Shown: positions 37,337 through 47,672 of the stretch, piece by piece | How positions within the stretch are numbered: position 1 is the first letter of the stretch | Layout: each line of letters opens with the position of its first letter | Assembly: GCA_918797485.1 (NCBI GenBank) | Contig: CAKKNE010000001.1 | Coordinates: 1,984,001-2,048,000, forward strand | Reading direction: 5' to 3' | Origin: Pelagomonas calceolata | Lineage: Eukaryota | Length of the DNA stretch: 64,000 nucleotides | The notes under the pieces: generated by a model | The model's input: only the letters and a program-made list of their open reading frames with translations | The model's database searches: none | What the model was told of the DNA's origin: nothing | Translations under genes and position numbers: made by a program

Positions 37337-40300
37337 CTACTTGTTAAACCCCTGGATCATCTCCGCGTGGTCCTCGAGCGAGCACGTCACGTTCGTCCGC
37401 GGCCGCGTGTGGATCGCCTCCAGGAACGCGGCCGGGTCCAGCGCCGCCGCGGACCGCAGCGCGCCGTCGAGGCGCGCCTGGGCGTCGTCGACGTACGTCT
37501 CCGACGCGGCGTAGTCCGTCGGTAAATGTGAGGCGGCCTTCGCCACAAAATCCAGCAGCGACAGCCGCTCCGATGAATCGTCGACGGCGTCGGGCGCCAT
37601 TCTCAAAGAAGGCAGCACGCTATTCAGCAGATCCGCCCCTTGCTTGCGCAGGGCCTCGTCGTCGCGCAAAAATAATCGATCGAAGGCGTTCAGCGCGAGG
37701 CGCGCCGCGGAATGTACAGATTCGTGGACGTCATCTCCCCTATCCTGCAATTTCGTCGGCCTGCGACTCGAGCCGCCCGACGCGCAGGTTTGGAGGATAT
37801 GGGATGCGGCCTTGGCCCCACCCAGGAAGCGGGCCTTGTCGCGGCCGTCCTGGGGCGCGCCTCGTAGACACGGCTCGACGAGGGCCCCCACCAAACCCTT
37901 CGCGAGCGGTTCCAAGGTCGCTTTATCCAAGTGCTCGACCAATGAAGTAGCGAGGTCGCAGCGCGCGTCCCTGGACGGATCCGTGGAGAACATGGCGTCC
38001 GGTGCGAGCACAATGTCGGCGACGGCCGCGATGGAAGCTTCCCGACTCGCTTCCGAGGCGCACGGGATCAATGAATGGGCCAGGCTCGCCACGACGTTTG
38101 ACGCGTCGTCCTTCGCGGGGTCCTCGTCCTCGCTCGTCAGGAAGCGTTGTATGGATTTCTGGCAGACTTGCGCGCCTATTACCAACAGATGGGGCGATTG
38201 CGAGACGGCGCAGGCCTCCCTCAAAGCAGTAGATTGCCACGTCGCCGCATCTTCAAAGGCTTCATCATTTGCATCGAAGAGCACGTCGAGCCGCCGGGTG
38301 ATGGCTTGCGACGCGTCTTCGTCGCCGCCCGCTTTTGATACGTCTAGTAACGCATTATCTGCCAGTGTCGTGGACGCGCCGCCGCCGCGCCACGCGAGGA
38401 TAGCCCTCAAAAGACTTAACAACGCCGCCTCGAGGGACTCCAATCGGCCGGTAGCGACGAACGCCGCGGCCAGCGCGTCCTTCGACGACGCCACCACATG
38501 AGCTAGTGAAGCACAAGCAGATAACGCAGAGTCGCGTAGGTGGGGCGACGTCGTCCCCACCAAGTTTGGATCCGTGAGCACTTCGGATAAAGGTGCAAAG
38601 TGCGGTAATATACTCGAGGCCTTGGCGCCCCGAATCATCGCTCCTAGTAAATCGGTCACGTCTGCCCGTTGGTCCGCATCGATGCCGCCCGGGAGGACTT
38701 CCAAGTCACCTGACACTCGAGGTGCTAGAAAAGGGACAAATGAATCAGGAACCACGTATCTCCCCAGCACCCGAGCACACTCGAGAACGGATTGACGATG
38801 CTCCCCACCGTATTTTTCATTTCTTCCTCGTTTCAGGGCCTTACAAAGAGCAATCACGATCTTCGACAGCCTCTCGGTCACATGATCCTCGTGGTACACG
38901 AACAGCGTCTGGAGGAGCGTCGCCGACGACACGCGGGCGTACTCCGTCCAGGATGATAATTCGTCCATGACCGGCTGGATGCATCGTTGCGCGAAGGCGC
39001 GCACGATGACTCTAGCTTCGAGAGGTGGCCTCTCCGTATGCGGCCAGGGTAAGCCTTCTGGTGAATGGTTACATCGGGGGTCCCCATCCACACCATATTG
39101 GATCTTCTCGAGCAACTTATCTTCTTGTCTTTCACCCATCATCTCCCTCCCAGCGGCCCTTAAAGCTTCCGCGGCGCAGTCCCTACATTGTTCATCTTGG
39201 TCGATGCGGAAATTGAGCACATACGCAAGTAAACGAGGCTGGTGGTCCCTCCTATCGGCAATACCGACGAACCACTCGGCGAACATCTGCATGGTTGCTA
39301 GTCTTACGGAGGCGTTCGCGTCTCTTGTGAGCTCGGCGACGTAGTTGTATCTGGTTTCAGGGCCGTAAAACGCATGGGTCGGAATCACGTTGTCCTCCCT
39401 GAAACCTACCAAGTCCTTGATGGCGTCGGAGCCCGCGCCTCGCCATTTCCCTACGTTCCTAACCGCTACTGATCGTCTGATGGCATCCACAGTAGCCTTT
39501 CGCACTTTCGCGTGGCGATGCCTTAGATTAGGCAAACAGCACCTAGCTAAAGCACAGGCGTAGGGTATCAGTGCCTCCTGCAAGTCGTCCACACTACAAA
39601 CCGCTGAGATACCTTCGGCAGCTCGTTTCGCTACGAGTCCAAACGTATCTCGGGCAAAGCCGGCAAAAAGTAACATGGCCTCATGCAAATACGCTCCGAT
39701 GATGTTCGCCGGCCGGTTCGTCGTCACGACAATAAGTAATTCACATAATTGTAATCGTAATTCTTCCGCAGGTTCGCCACTGTTGACTAATCTTGTCCTT
39801 GCGAACGCTTCCTGTAGGTCCGGCCGCGCCGTGGCCTTACCCCGCTTGAACTCGTCGTAGCCTTGTAAGTCAAACACAAAGACGGAATTCTCGACGTCCA
39901 ATCCAGAGGCCGGCGAACCTCTATGATGCAGCACAGGGAACAGGTACGGCAGATGCGGCTGCAAGTCCTTGACACGTTTACAGAGCTCCGCCATGAGCCT
40001 AATAGCCTTCTCCCGTAATTTCTCGACAGGGTCCTCGAAGCGCCTCAACAGGGGCTGGCAGAGCGAGTGTAATAGCTCCGCGACCGTCGCGTCCGGCAGG
40101 TTTTGAGTTAAGGCTTTTGATAGGGTGTCGAGGCCCTCTGACCTGACTTTGCTGTCCTCGGCAGCCGTCTGCTGCACGGCCCGTGCCAACCGTCGCAGCA
40201 ACGCCACGGCGGTCTCGGGCGGCGCCGGCGGCTTCGTTTCCTCCTGCTTCTTCTCTGCGACGACAGGTGCGGGCGGCTCCCACCTTTTGGGAGGGCGCTT

Positions 40301-40408
40301 CTTCTTGGCCTTTTTCGCGACGGCGTTCTTCTTGAGGATGCGGTCCCAGGCTTTGTCCCGCGCGCCACTCTCGCCGGCCTGGAGCTCTGCCCAGGCCGCA
40401 TCAGCCAT
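37337..40408 (-). CDS. DNAAF5: HEAT-repeat protein, dynein axonemal assembly factor 5 (HEATR2)-like
   Basis: ATG at 40408; LLRRFEDPVEKLRE, EPAEELRLQL, LRHRHAKVR; HEAT repeats throughout. Confidence 0.75.
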   Translation of the reverse strand: MADAAWAELQAGESGARDKAWDRILKKNAVAKKAKKKRPPKRWEPPAPVVAEKKQEETKPPAPPETAVALLRRLARAVQQTAAEDSKVRSEGLDTLSKALTQNLPDATVAELLHSLCQPLLRRFEDPVEKLREKAIRLMAELCKRVKDLQPHLPYLFPVLHHRGSPASGLDVENSVFVFDLQGYDEFKRGKATARPDLQEAFARTRLVNSGEPAEELRLQLCELLIVVTTNRPANIIGAYLHEAMLLFAGFARDTFGLVAKRAAEGISAVCSVDDLQEALIPYACALARCCLPNLRHRHAKVRKATVDAIRRSVAVRNVGKWRGAGSDAIKDLVGFREDNVIPTHAFYGPETRYNYVAELTRDANASVRLATMQMFAEWFVGIADRRDHQPRLLAYVLNFRIDQDEQCRDCAAEALRAAGREMMGERQEDKLLEKIQYGVDGDPRCNHSPEGLPWPHTERPPLEARVIVRAFAQRCIQPVMDELSSWTEYARVSSATLLQTLFVYHEDHVTERLSKIVIALCKALKRGRNEKYGGEHRQSVLECARVLGRYVVPDSFVPFLAPRVSGDLEVLPGGIDADQRADVTDLLGAMIRGAKASSILPHFAPLSEVLTDPNLVGTTSPHLRDSALSACASLAHVVASSKDALAAAFVATGRLESLEAALLSLLRAILAWRGGGASTTLADNALLDVSKAGGDEDASQAITRRLDVLFDANDEAFEDAATWQSTALREACAVSQSPHLLVIGAQVCQKSIQRFLTSEDEDPAKDDASNVVASLAHSLIPCASEASREASIAAVADIVLAPDAMFSTDPSRDARCDLATSLVEHLDKATLEPLAKGLVGALVEPCLRGAPQDGRDKARFLGGAKAASHILQTCASGGSSRRPTKLQDRGDDVHESVHSAARLALNAFDRLFLRDDEALRKQGADLLNSVLPSLRMAPDAVDDSSERLSLLDFVAKAASHLPTDYAASETYVDDAQARLDGALRSAAALDPAAFLEAIHTRPRTNVTCSLEDHAEMIQGFNK

Positions 40409-40795
40409 TTTTTTTGGTGGGCAGCCTCTGTACGCGTCGATACTCGTCGAGTGCGTCTGCGCGCTCGTTGCTGAACGTCGTGCGCGTGCTGATCGGCCAC
40501 CGGTCGCTCCTGAAGGACGACGGTGCGCGCGTGGGCAGCCCCTGCAGGCTTCGATCTCGAAAGCGCTGCGGCGCGGCGCTGTCGGAGTCTGGGGACGGAG
40601 GGCTCGCAATTCGTTCCGGGGGGAGTGGTGGCAAAGGTACCTGGACGATTCCAAAAAAGCTAGTGCCTCTTGCCAGCGTGCTGCTCGAGTTTGTCGCACG
40701 CGAACTCCGAGCTGAGCGCATTCTGGAATCGCATAGATTGGGAGAAGAAGCTACCCCACCACACCTTCGTGTCTGCCGAATCTCCATCCTGTGCA

Positions 40796-41080
40796 ATGCG
40801 GATAGCCCTCTATTTGCTAGCGGCGCAGGCGTGGGCGTCGGAGGTCTGCGTTTCTAAGAAAGGAGAACTCCTCACGACAGACTATGTCGTGCAGCCAGTC
40901 GCATCGGCGGACAAGGCCCAGCGGTGCTACACGATCACGCAGCCCAGTATGCAGGAACTTCTGCAGGACGAGGCCTTCTGGACGCGTGAACACCTGGAAG
41001 CATGGGCGCGGAGCCGGCCCTGGTACGTGTACCTGTTGACGGCCTGGGTGCTGTCCGCGGTGACGACCTTGCTCAAATGA
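40796..41080 (+). CDS. Small (94 aa) protein with signal peptide and C-terminal hydrophobic segment
   Basis: MRIALYLLAAQAWA...PWYVYLLTAWVLSAVTTLLK. Confidence 0.55.
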   Translation: MRIALYLLAAQAWASEVCVSKKGELLTTDYVVQPVASADKAQRCYTITQPSMQELLQDEAFWTREHLEAWARSRPWYVYLLTAWVLSAVTTLLK

Positions 41081-41802
41081 GCCAGCTTTGCCAACGGACG
41101 GAGGATGCGCTAAGCAGGGACGGCGTCGCCGTCACGCGTGCCGTCTACCCCGAGGCGGCCGGCGAGGCCTGCGCGGCGTGTCTCGCGGCTGGCCTCGACG
41201 GCCTGGAGCGCATGCTCGCGCTGCCTCAAACGATGGCCGAGCGCATGCGGGGAGCCTCGTTGCGGCACTTTGTGCCCGTTTGGCCGGCGTCCGCAGAGCC
41301 GTGCTTCGCCGCGGCGCTCCGCGCGGCCTTGGCCGGCGAGGCCGGCGCCATCCTGGTGGAAGCGCTCGGCCGGGATGCGGAGCTGCGCGAGGTTCAGCTA
41401 ATTGTGAGCGAGCCGGGCGCGGCCGCGCAAGACGTGCACAGCGACAGCAATTGGAGCGCCGATGCACCGCGACTCGTCACCATGTTCGTCGCGCTCCACG
41501 ACCTCCTGGACGAGCGCATGGGCCCGACGTTTTTTTGGCCGAACACGCACTTGCCCCGTTGCTTTCCAGGCGGGGTCTGGCTCGCGCCGACGGCGTCGCT
41601 GGCCGCGGAGCGGAGATCCGTCTGGTACGCGCAGCGTGCGGGCGACGCGGTGCTCATGGACGCTTGCGCGTGGCACTGCGGCGGCGCCAACACGTCGGGG
41701 ACCCGACGGACGCTGCTCGCTGCGTCGTTTGTCGCCCCGGACCGCGACGCCGCTGCGGAACGCGTGCCTCGACTCGGCGACTTTTTCGAAATAACGCAAT
41801 AA
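41077..41802 (+). CDS. PhyH-type Fe(II)/2-oxoglutarate dioxygenase
   Basis: QDVHSD (HxD), FVALHD..MGPTFFWPNTH, AGDAVLMD...HCGGANTS..RRTL. An alternative in-frame ATG lies at 41002. Confidence 0.85.
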   Translation: MSQLCQRTEDALSRDGVAVTRAVYPEAAGEACAACLAAGLDGLERMLALPQTMAERMRGASLRHFVPVWPASAEPCFAAALRAALAGEAGAILVEALGRDAELREVQLIVSEPGAAAQDVHSDSNWSADAPRLVTMFVALHDLLDERMGPTFFWPNTHLPRCFPGGVWLAPTASLAAERRSVWYAQRAGDAVLMDACAWHCGGANTSGTRRTLLAASFVAPDRDAAAERVPRLGDFFEITQ

Positions 41803-42039
41803 CGTAACGTAAACGAAAAGCACAGGCACAAACTGAAATTGGCTAGTGATAGTGAGACACTAGCCTGAGGTCAAGGGCTTGTGCGGCTGCTCTGCGCTCC
41901 GCGCTGCTGTCGACACAGAGGCACAAGCGTCCAGCGGTTTTGAAGCCAATTCCAGCCTCTACAAGCCCACGTGACTATCATCGCTTCACGCAAGCTCTGC
42001 TGCACAAAAAAGCTCCTGCCCTGCGATTCACTCTTTGAC

Positions 42040-42789
42040 ATGGCGTCCGACGACGATGCGCCGCCGCGCCGCGTGACGCATACGGAGGGCACGTCGTACA
42101 TCGTTGCTTTCGGACATCCGGAGCTGTTCCCACTTCCTGGATCGAGGGATCTTGTTTTCAGCCCGTTCCCGGCGGCCGGCGGCCAAAACCCTTACCAGCC
42201 CGTAAGCGGTGTGCTGCGTGAGACACATACGCAAATGCAAGAATCCTGGACCATAGATAGCGTGCCCCCTCCCTTCTTCTGCCGCTTCTCCACGTATGTG
42301 TTACACCACTTCTACGAAGCTCTCCGTGGGCTTTCTGAGCGGAGCCGAGGTCTCCGATTGGAGGAGCTGATAGGACATATGAGGCCCCTCGCAACTGATC
42401 AATATGCTGTAGCTATCCTGAGAAGCATCGGTGGGGAGGATCAAGAGAATAGGGGGACGCTTATAGTCGCGATTGCAGTGGCGGCACTCATCCGCGGCTG
42501 TCACGAAGACAAAACGCTCACGGCGTTTTCAGCGACGCTGGATCCCCCTCCGGCTATTCTTGATGCGAGCTGGACCAGCCATCTCTACTTCAATTTGAGC
42601 GACCGCGAGCGAAAGCGGCTCCGACGGTTTGATAACGGGGTCCGCCGCATGCCCTACGTCCTCATGCGCCAGCTCATTCTCCGCAAGGCGCCCAAGAACG
42701 GGGCGCACGGGCCGGCGCGGCGCCTCGTCCGGCGCAACTTCATGCCCGACTCTGAGGAGCTCTTCCGCGTCGTCGTGTCGTTCCTCTAA
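42040..42789 (+). CDS. Hypothetical protein
   Basis: 249-aa ORF from ATG 42040 ending PDSEELFRVVVSFL. A CTAG inverted repeat lies upstream at 41841. Confidence 0.6.
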   Translation: MASDDDAPPRRVTHTEGTSYIVAFGHPELFPLPGSRDLVFSPFPAAGGQNPYQPVSGVLRETHTQMQESWTIDSVPPPFFCRFSTYVLHHFYEALRGLSERSRGLRLEELIGHMRPLATDQYAVAILRSIGGEDQENRGTLIVAIAVAALIRGCHEDKTLTAFSATLDPPPAILDASWTSHLYFNLSDRERKRLRRFDNGVRRMPYVLMRQLILRKAPKNGAHGPARRLVRRNFMPDSEELFRVVVSFL

Positions 42790-42829
42790 GTGTTGTAAAG
42801 TAATTAGCGAAACGAACTTATAACTATAC

Positions 42830-43891
42830 CTACGTATCAAACAGCAGCCGCCAGACGACCGAGAACACGATCGACTGCAGCCCGTTCGCCAGGATCCGCG
42901 TCGACAGGCCCCGCGTGAAGAACGCCTGGACGCCGTCCTCCCTCGCGATGCGCATCACAATATTCACGTAGGAGTCCTCGTTCGCGCCGTCGCGCCGCCG
43001 CCGCGGCGCCTCTAATTTCAGCGCCGTTTTGGCGGCCGAGGACTGCTTCGTCGTCTTCACGACGCGGATGGGGTTCGACGTGACGTCGCTCACGATGCTC
43101 GACGTGAAGCCGATGACGGCACTCCTTAACATTTGCATCGCCCGGACTTCTTGTCTGGGCACGATCCGCTGGAGGACGTTGTACGTCGCGAACCAGGGAT
43201 AGTGCCCGATCAGCGTCGCCAGGAACATGGCGTACGAGCCCGTATACAGGTTCCGCACGTTGCCTTTGCGAATCGAGTGCCGGAAGACGGCGTCGAAACC
43301 TTTTCTACCTTCCACTTGACTCACGGTTTTCAGAGTGTCAATAGGCATCAATGCTACCCTATATAAGGCCGTCAGGTAGCTGCCGAGGATCGTGACGATC
43401 CATAGAGGATACGCGTGTAAACCCCACACATCAGCATCGCGCAGGCCCAGTACTAATGTATTTGAGGCCGCTGACCCGAAGCGAGACATCGGGCCCTGGA
43501 AGATCGCGAAGGGCAGCCCGCGGTAGAACCGTCGTATACCCCCATCCTTGTAGAGTTTTTTTAACGTGTCTGGTAACGTGCCGCCGTGTCTATATTGATA
43601 ATTCATGGCCGTCCGCAGCCACATGAACGAAAAGACTTGCGCGACGCCCGCAATCGAACCGGTCACGCCGCCCTTGAAGGCCTTCTGCATGGCTGTCTTC
43701 AGGACCTTGCTCGCTAATTCGGTATCGACGCCGGCCTCGAGCGGTGGCGCGTGGCCTCCCCTAACTCTCAGGGACGGGTGTTGCATTGGCGCGAGGTGCT
43801 TGTGGTGCCTCCTTAATGAAGGCGGCGCCGCGAGGGCGGCGAGCTCGCCGAGCGTCGAGAGGCCGACGAGGGTGAGGATGAGCGTGCGCAT
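42830..43891 (-). CDS. Mitochondrial carrier (SLC25) family protein with signal-like presequence
   Basis: MWLRTAMNYQY, GGIRRFYRG, PIDTLKT, NPIRVVKTTKQ, FFTRGLSTR. Confidence 0.88.
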   Translation of the reverse strand: MRTLILTLVGLSTLGELAALAAPPSLRRHHKHLAPMQHPSLRVRGGHAPPLEAGVDTELASKVLKTAMQKAFKGGVTGSIAGVAQVFSFMWLRTAMNYQYRHGGTLPDTLKKLYKDGGIRRFYRGLPFAIFQGPMSRFGSAASNTLVLGLRDADVWGLHAYPLWIVTILGSYLTALYRVALMPIDTLKTVSQVEGRKGFDAVFRHSIRKGNVRNLYTGSYAMFLATLIGHYPWFATYNVLQRIVPRQEVRAMQMLRSAVIGFTSSIVSDVTSNPIRVVKTTKQSSAAKTALKLEAPRRRRDGANEDSYVNIVMRIAREDGVQAFFTRGLSTRILANGLQSIVFSVVWRLLFDT

Positions 43892-44154
43892 GGTTACGCG
43901 GTTCGTCTACGTGCGCGTGGGTGGCGGCTTGCTGGAGGTGCCAAAGCGCTCTGTGGTGCGCTGTTCGGCTTCGCGCTTGCTTGCTTTGGTGGTGTGCTGC
44001 AGCAGGAGTTGCAAAGGGTGGCGTGGACGTGCAAGCCGCGGCTGCGTCTCGCGTCGGCCGCTTGCACCGGTCGCAGAGATTCTTCGTGCGCCCCTAACCT
44101 GAGCAGAGGCGTAACAATTCGCAACAAACTGCTGGCGCGTCGTCGAGTTGTGCT

Positions 44155-44179
44155 TGCTAGTGCCTTACAGGACGCTAGC
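44155..44179. promoter_or_regulatory. CTAG pseudo-palindromic intergenic element
   Basis: TGCTAGTGCCTTACAGGACGCTAGC, between the divergent SLC25 and TCD genes. Confidence 0.65.
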
Positions 44180-44319
44180 TGCAAAAACGGAGACACGACC
44201 GCAAGCAGCGTGCAGCGCCCCAGAGCAGCTGCAGACACTGACATCAATACTACGGATCGATCGCGCACGCGTGCGGCAGCTGTGAGGAGCACACCGGCAA
44301 CTGCACCAAAGTGGCAGCG

Positions 44320-45843
44320 ATGCGCAGCAACCGCGACGCATTACTCGTCGCCGCTGGCGCCGCGGGCGGCGCCGCACTAGCAGCATTATTAAGACCATTC
44401 GTAATAGCGAAGCTCAGAGAAAGATTATACAGAGCGCGCTTCGACCAGCACGCCTCTCGGTCACCAATTCTCTTGAGAATATTACGCCTCCTAACAGCAG
44501 ATGAAACGCGCCTGAAGGATCAAATAGCAGTGAAGCGAGACCTACCGCCGGCCGTGGTGGACGAGATGCTGAGCAGACACGAAGCGTTTTTCGGCCGCGA
44601 CGGGCACGCAAAAGTAAGAAACGCGAGGGTGGCGGTCTTCGGCGCCGGCGGCGTCGGAAGCCACTGCATTGTTATGTTAATGAGGGCCGGCGTCAAGGCG
44701 GTGAGGATCGTGGACTTTGATCAGGTGTCGGCGTCTTCTTTGAACCGACATGCAGTAGCCACTTTAGGGGATGTGGGCGAGTCGAAAGTACAATGTCTGA
44801 AGCGCTTCGCCGAAAGTTGCACGCCCTTCGTCGAAGTCGATCCTATAGCGGAGATGGTGACCGCCAAAAATGCTCATCACTTGCTACGAGACTTGGCCGG
44901 TGACAAATTAGACCTCGTTATCGACTGCATCGACGACGTCGAGACCAAAGCATCTCTGTTAAAGGCGTGCGGCGAAAAGCAAATAAAGGCGCTGGCGGCC
45001 ATGGGGGCCGGCGCCAAGGCCGACCCGACGCGCTGGTGCGTCGCGCCTTTGAGGGACGCGATCCACGACCCCCTCGCGACGAAGCTGCGGTGGGTTTTAA
45101 GGGGCAAGGGCGTGGACTACGGCGGCGCTGAATTAGCGTTGGATCCGTCGAAACGGGCGGAGTCGTCTCCAGCTCTAGACGTGACGTGCGTCTACAGTCA
45201 CGAGCCGCCCCGCTGTACCTTGCTACCGTTGACCGACGAGCAGGTCAAGGAAGGTGCTAAGAACTTCGGCGCCGTCGATGTCGACCACTTCCGGGTGAGG
45301 GTGTTGCCGGTGCTGGGGGCGGCACCGGCCATGGCTGGTCATGCGTTAGCTGCCACAGCTCTTTGTTCATTGGCGGGGCAGCCCGTCTGCCCCAAAGTCT
45401 GCGAGCCCACTTCGAAGAAGTTACGAGAGAAGATGCTCATGGCATTTCGCAAAAGGGAGGCGCGGCGGGAACTCGGTGATTCAGCGAGGCCCGATGCCTG
45501 TGATTGGTTGGATCTGCAACCTTCCGATATAGAGTTCATCGTGAATGATATTTGGAGGGGTCGTTGTGCGGTCTCTAGACGGAAGCTCGATCGGAAGCCG
45601 CTGTGTTTATGTAGATGGTACACGTCTCGACGGTTCGCGGACAAAAAGCACTGTATAGGTGCGGACGCCGTCGTCTTAATGGCGCCGCCTTTAGCTGATC
45701 AGCTCGACGCCGCCCTCAATGAAAATCCATCACGGGAAACCGCGGTCGCTGTTGTTGGTGAGGATGCCGTTTCACTAATAGACGCGCGGCTGCGGTGGGT
45801 CCATAGTGTCGCGGGCGGGGCCTGGACGAGCGCGGGCCCGTGA
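44320..45843 (+). CDS. TCD: tRNA threonylcarbamoyladenosine dehydratase (TcdA/TCD1-2, ThiF family)
   Basis: VAVFGAGGVGS, DFDQVSASSLNRHAVA, IDCIDD, MGAGAKADP, FRVRVLPVLG; N-terminal anchor. Confidence 0.9.
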   Translation: MRSNRDALLVAAGAAGGAALAALLRPFVIAKLRERLYRARFDQHASRSPILLRILRLLTADETRLKDQIAVKRDLPPAVVDEMLSRHEAFFGRDGHAKVRNARVAVFGAGGVGSHCIVMLMRAGVKAVRIVDFDQVSASSLNRHAVATLGDVGESKVQCLKRFAESCTPFVEVDPIAEMVTAKNAHHLLRDLAGDKLDLVIDCIDDVETKASLLKACGEKQIKALAAMGAGAKADPTRWCVAPLRDAIHDPLATKLRWVLRGKGVDYGGAELALDPSKRAESSPALDVTCVYSHEPPRCTLLPLTDEQVKEGAKNFGAVDVDHFRVRVLPVLGAAPAMAGHALAATALCSLAGQPVCPKVCEPTSKKLREKMLMAFRKREARRELGDSARPDACDWLDLQPSDIEFIVNDIWRGRCAVSRRKLDRKPLCLCRWYTSRRFADKKHCIGADAVVLMAPPLADQLDAALNENPSRETAVAVVGEDAVSLIDARLRWVHSVAGGAWTSAGP

Positions 45844-45979
45844 CATTGCCGCGCCGGCGCCGTCTTGTGGTGGCGGCCTGCGCGGGTCGACTGCGTGGCG
45901 CGTCGCGGCGATGGCGTAGAGCTCATACGCCATCGACGCAAGTCTAACTAACTTTAACCTGGTATATGTCACGCACACT

Positions 45980-47146
45980 TTAAACCCCCCGCGGAGTACT
46001 CGGCCGCTCCAGGCCTCCTAACCACGAAGGACATTTCCCGCAGGGCCCCAAGTCCTTGAGCAAATCCCCGTACAGGAAGATGGAGTAGATGACTCCAGAT
46101 GCCCCAAGGAAGAACAGCGACGACAGCGCGAAGCCGAAGAACATCGACGACACCAGGGCAATGACTAAAATAGCAACTGAAGTAGCGAACGCCTTCAGAA
46201 TGTTGTCCGCGTACTTGATGACCGCCGCAATTAACAAGCCGCCCGCCGCTTGGATGACGACGTAGGCCCAGGCCACGGGTCCTAGACCTTGTACTAAGTA
46301 CTCTATCAGTGAATGGGGGCAGGCCTCCTCGAAATCACCGGAAACGACTTGCAATCCGACCGTCGCCACGGAGAACAGCGCGAGGTGGACGTTGCGCGTC
46401 CACAGAGATATTGGTGACCCCTTCAGCACCTTCTCAAAATACACGCCCGCGAAGCCTGACAACGACGCGACGACGGAGATCATCATCAGCCCTAACGGTA
46501 CATTTTTCTCACCCGCGTCGCCGGAACCGTCCGAGTGCATCTGCGACGTTTGGACCGTGGCTATTCCTGCGGTTAATACGACGAGGGCGACCCACCTTCT
46601 CTTCCCCAACGTTCTGCCCAGTAGAGCTACGGAGAACAGTGCTGTCGTCAGTATTTTTAATTGGCCAAATAAGCCGAGTACAGGTGCTTCCAAATTTGCT
46701 GCTGCTACTAACAGTAACTGGTTCTGGATGACGTACAACACGGCCGGCACGATCACTTTGAGGCAGTCCAGAGGGTGCGTTACTGTTGTTTTCATGACAG
46801 AGATAACTGGGTTGCCTTTGATTTCTACTGCTAGGAGTACAAGAGCTAATACAATCTTCATGAGCTCAATAACTAATACGACGGCGCCGGGCGACGCGTG
46901 GCACTCGCCGCGCGCTTCCCGATGCAAAGCTTCCACCCTCGACCACCTCGCCGTCACATTTAAGGCGGCGTTCTGCACGACGACGCCCGCGAGTAAGGCG
47001 CCTTTGAGTAGAGAGAAGCCCTCCTTGCTCGGTGTGACGTCTTTTGTCGACGAGGGCAGCAGCGGCGCCGGGCTCGCGCTCCCCGTGCTCATGTCGTCGT
47101 CGCCGTCGACGCTGTTGCGGGGACTCCGCTGCCTGACTCGGCTCAT
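45980..47146 (-). CDS. Nucleotide-sugar transporter, SLC35A (UDP-Gal/CMP-Sia-like)
   Basis: ELMK, VPAVLYVIQN, QLKILTTALFS, SGFAGVYFEKVLK, KYADNILKAFATS. Confidence 0.92.
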   Translation of the reverse strand: MSRVRQRSPRNSVDGDDDMSTGSASPAPLLPSSTKDVTPSKEGFSLLKGALLAGVVVQNAALNVTARWSRVEALHREARGECHASPGAVVLVIELMKIVLALVLLAVEIKGNPVISVMKTTVTHPLDCLKVIVPAVLYVIQNQLLLVAAANLEAPVLGLFGQLKILTTALFSVALLGRTLGKRRWVALVVLTAGIATVQTSQMHSDGSGDAGEKNVPLGLMMISVVASLSGFAGVYFEKVLKGSPISLWTRNVHLALFSVATVGLQVVSGDFEEACPHSLIEYLVQGLGPVAWAYVVIQAAGGLLIAAVIKYADNILKAFATSVAILVIALVSSMFFGFALSSLFFLGASGVIYSIFLYGDLLKDLGPCGKCPSWLGGLERPSTPRGV

Positions 47147-47672
47147 GAACCGCCTGACGCGACGCGTTGTTGTGTTTGGCGCGCGCGGTGGCCGCGGCGC
47201 TTGCAGCTGTGGTGGCTGCTGTATTTATAACCGCCGGACGCGACGGATGCTGTATTTGGGTTGCCGCGGCTTGCAGCTGTGGTGCTGTGTATTATTTTGA
47301 GTTTAGAGAGCGTGCATGCAGCTAGCGATGCAGACTCAGTGGTGACAGCAGTAGAGGTGATGCCCGCAGCCCCGAATCTATGAAACGCGGCCGACTAAGC
47401 CAGCACACGTCGGCTTCACTTTTTTTGGCTCGAGCCACCTTAGCGTCGATAGACACACTAGCCTTTTAGGCGCTTGCCGCCTAGCACCGTAGACGCATTG
47501 CTCGGGGGCTTTGCCGAGGCGATTCTGCTTGCTTAGAAGGATGTACGCTGTTAAGAAAGACGCACGCGCCCGCCGCCGACGAATCGCCAAAGTACCCACG
47601 AGTCCTGTCTCACGAAGCCGGCCAAGCCTGGTCGCTCCGGATATCAAGATGACTGATTACACAACACAAAAA

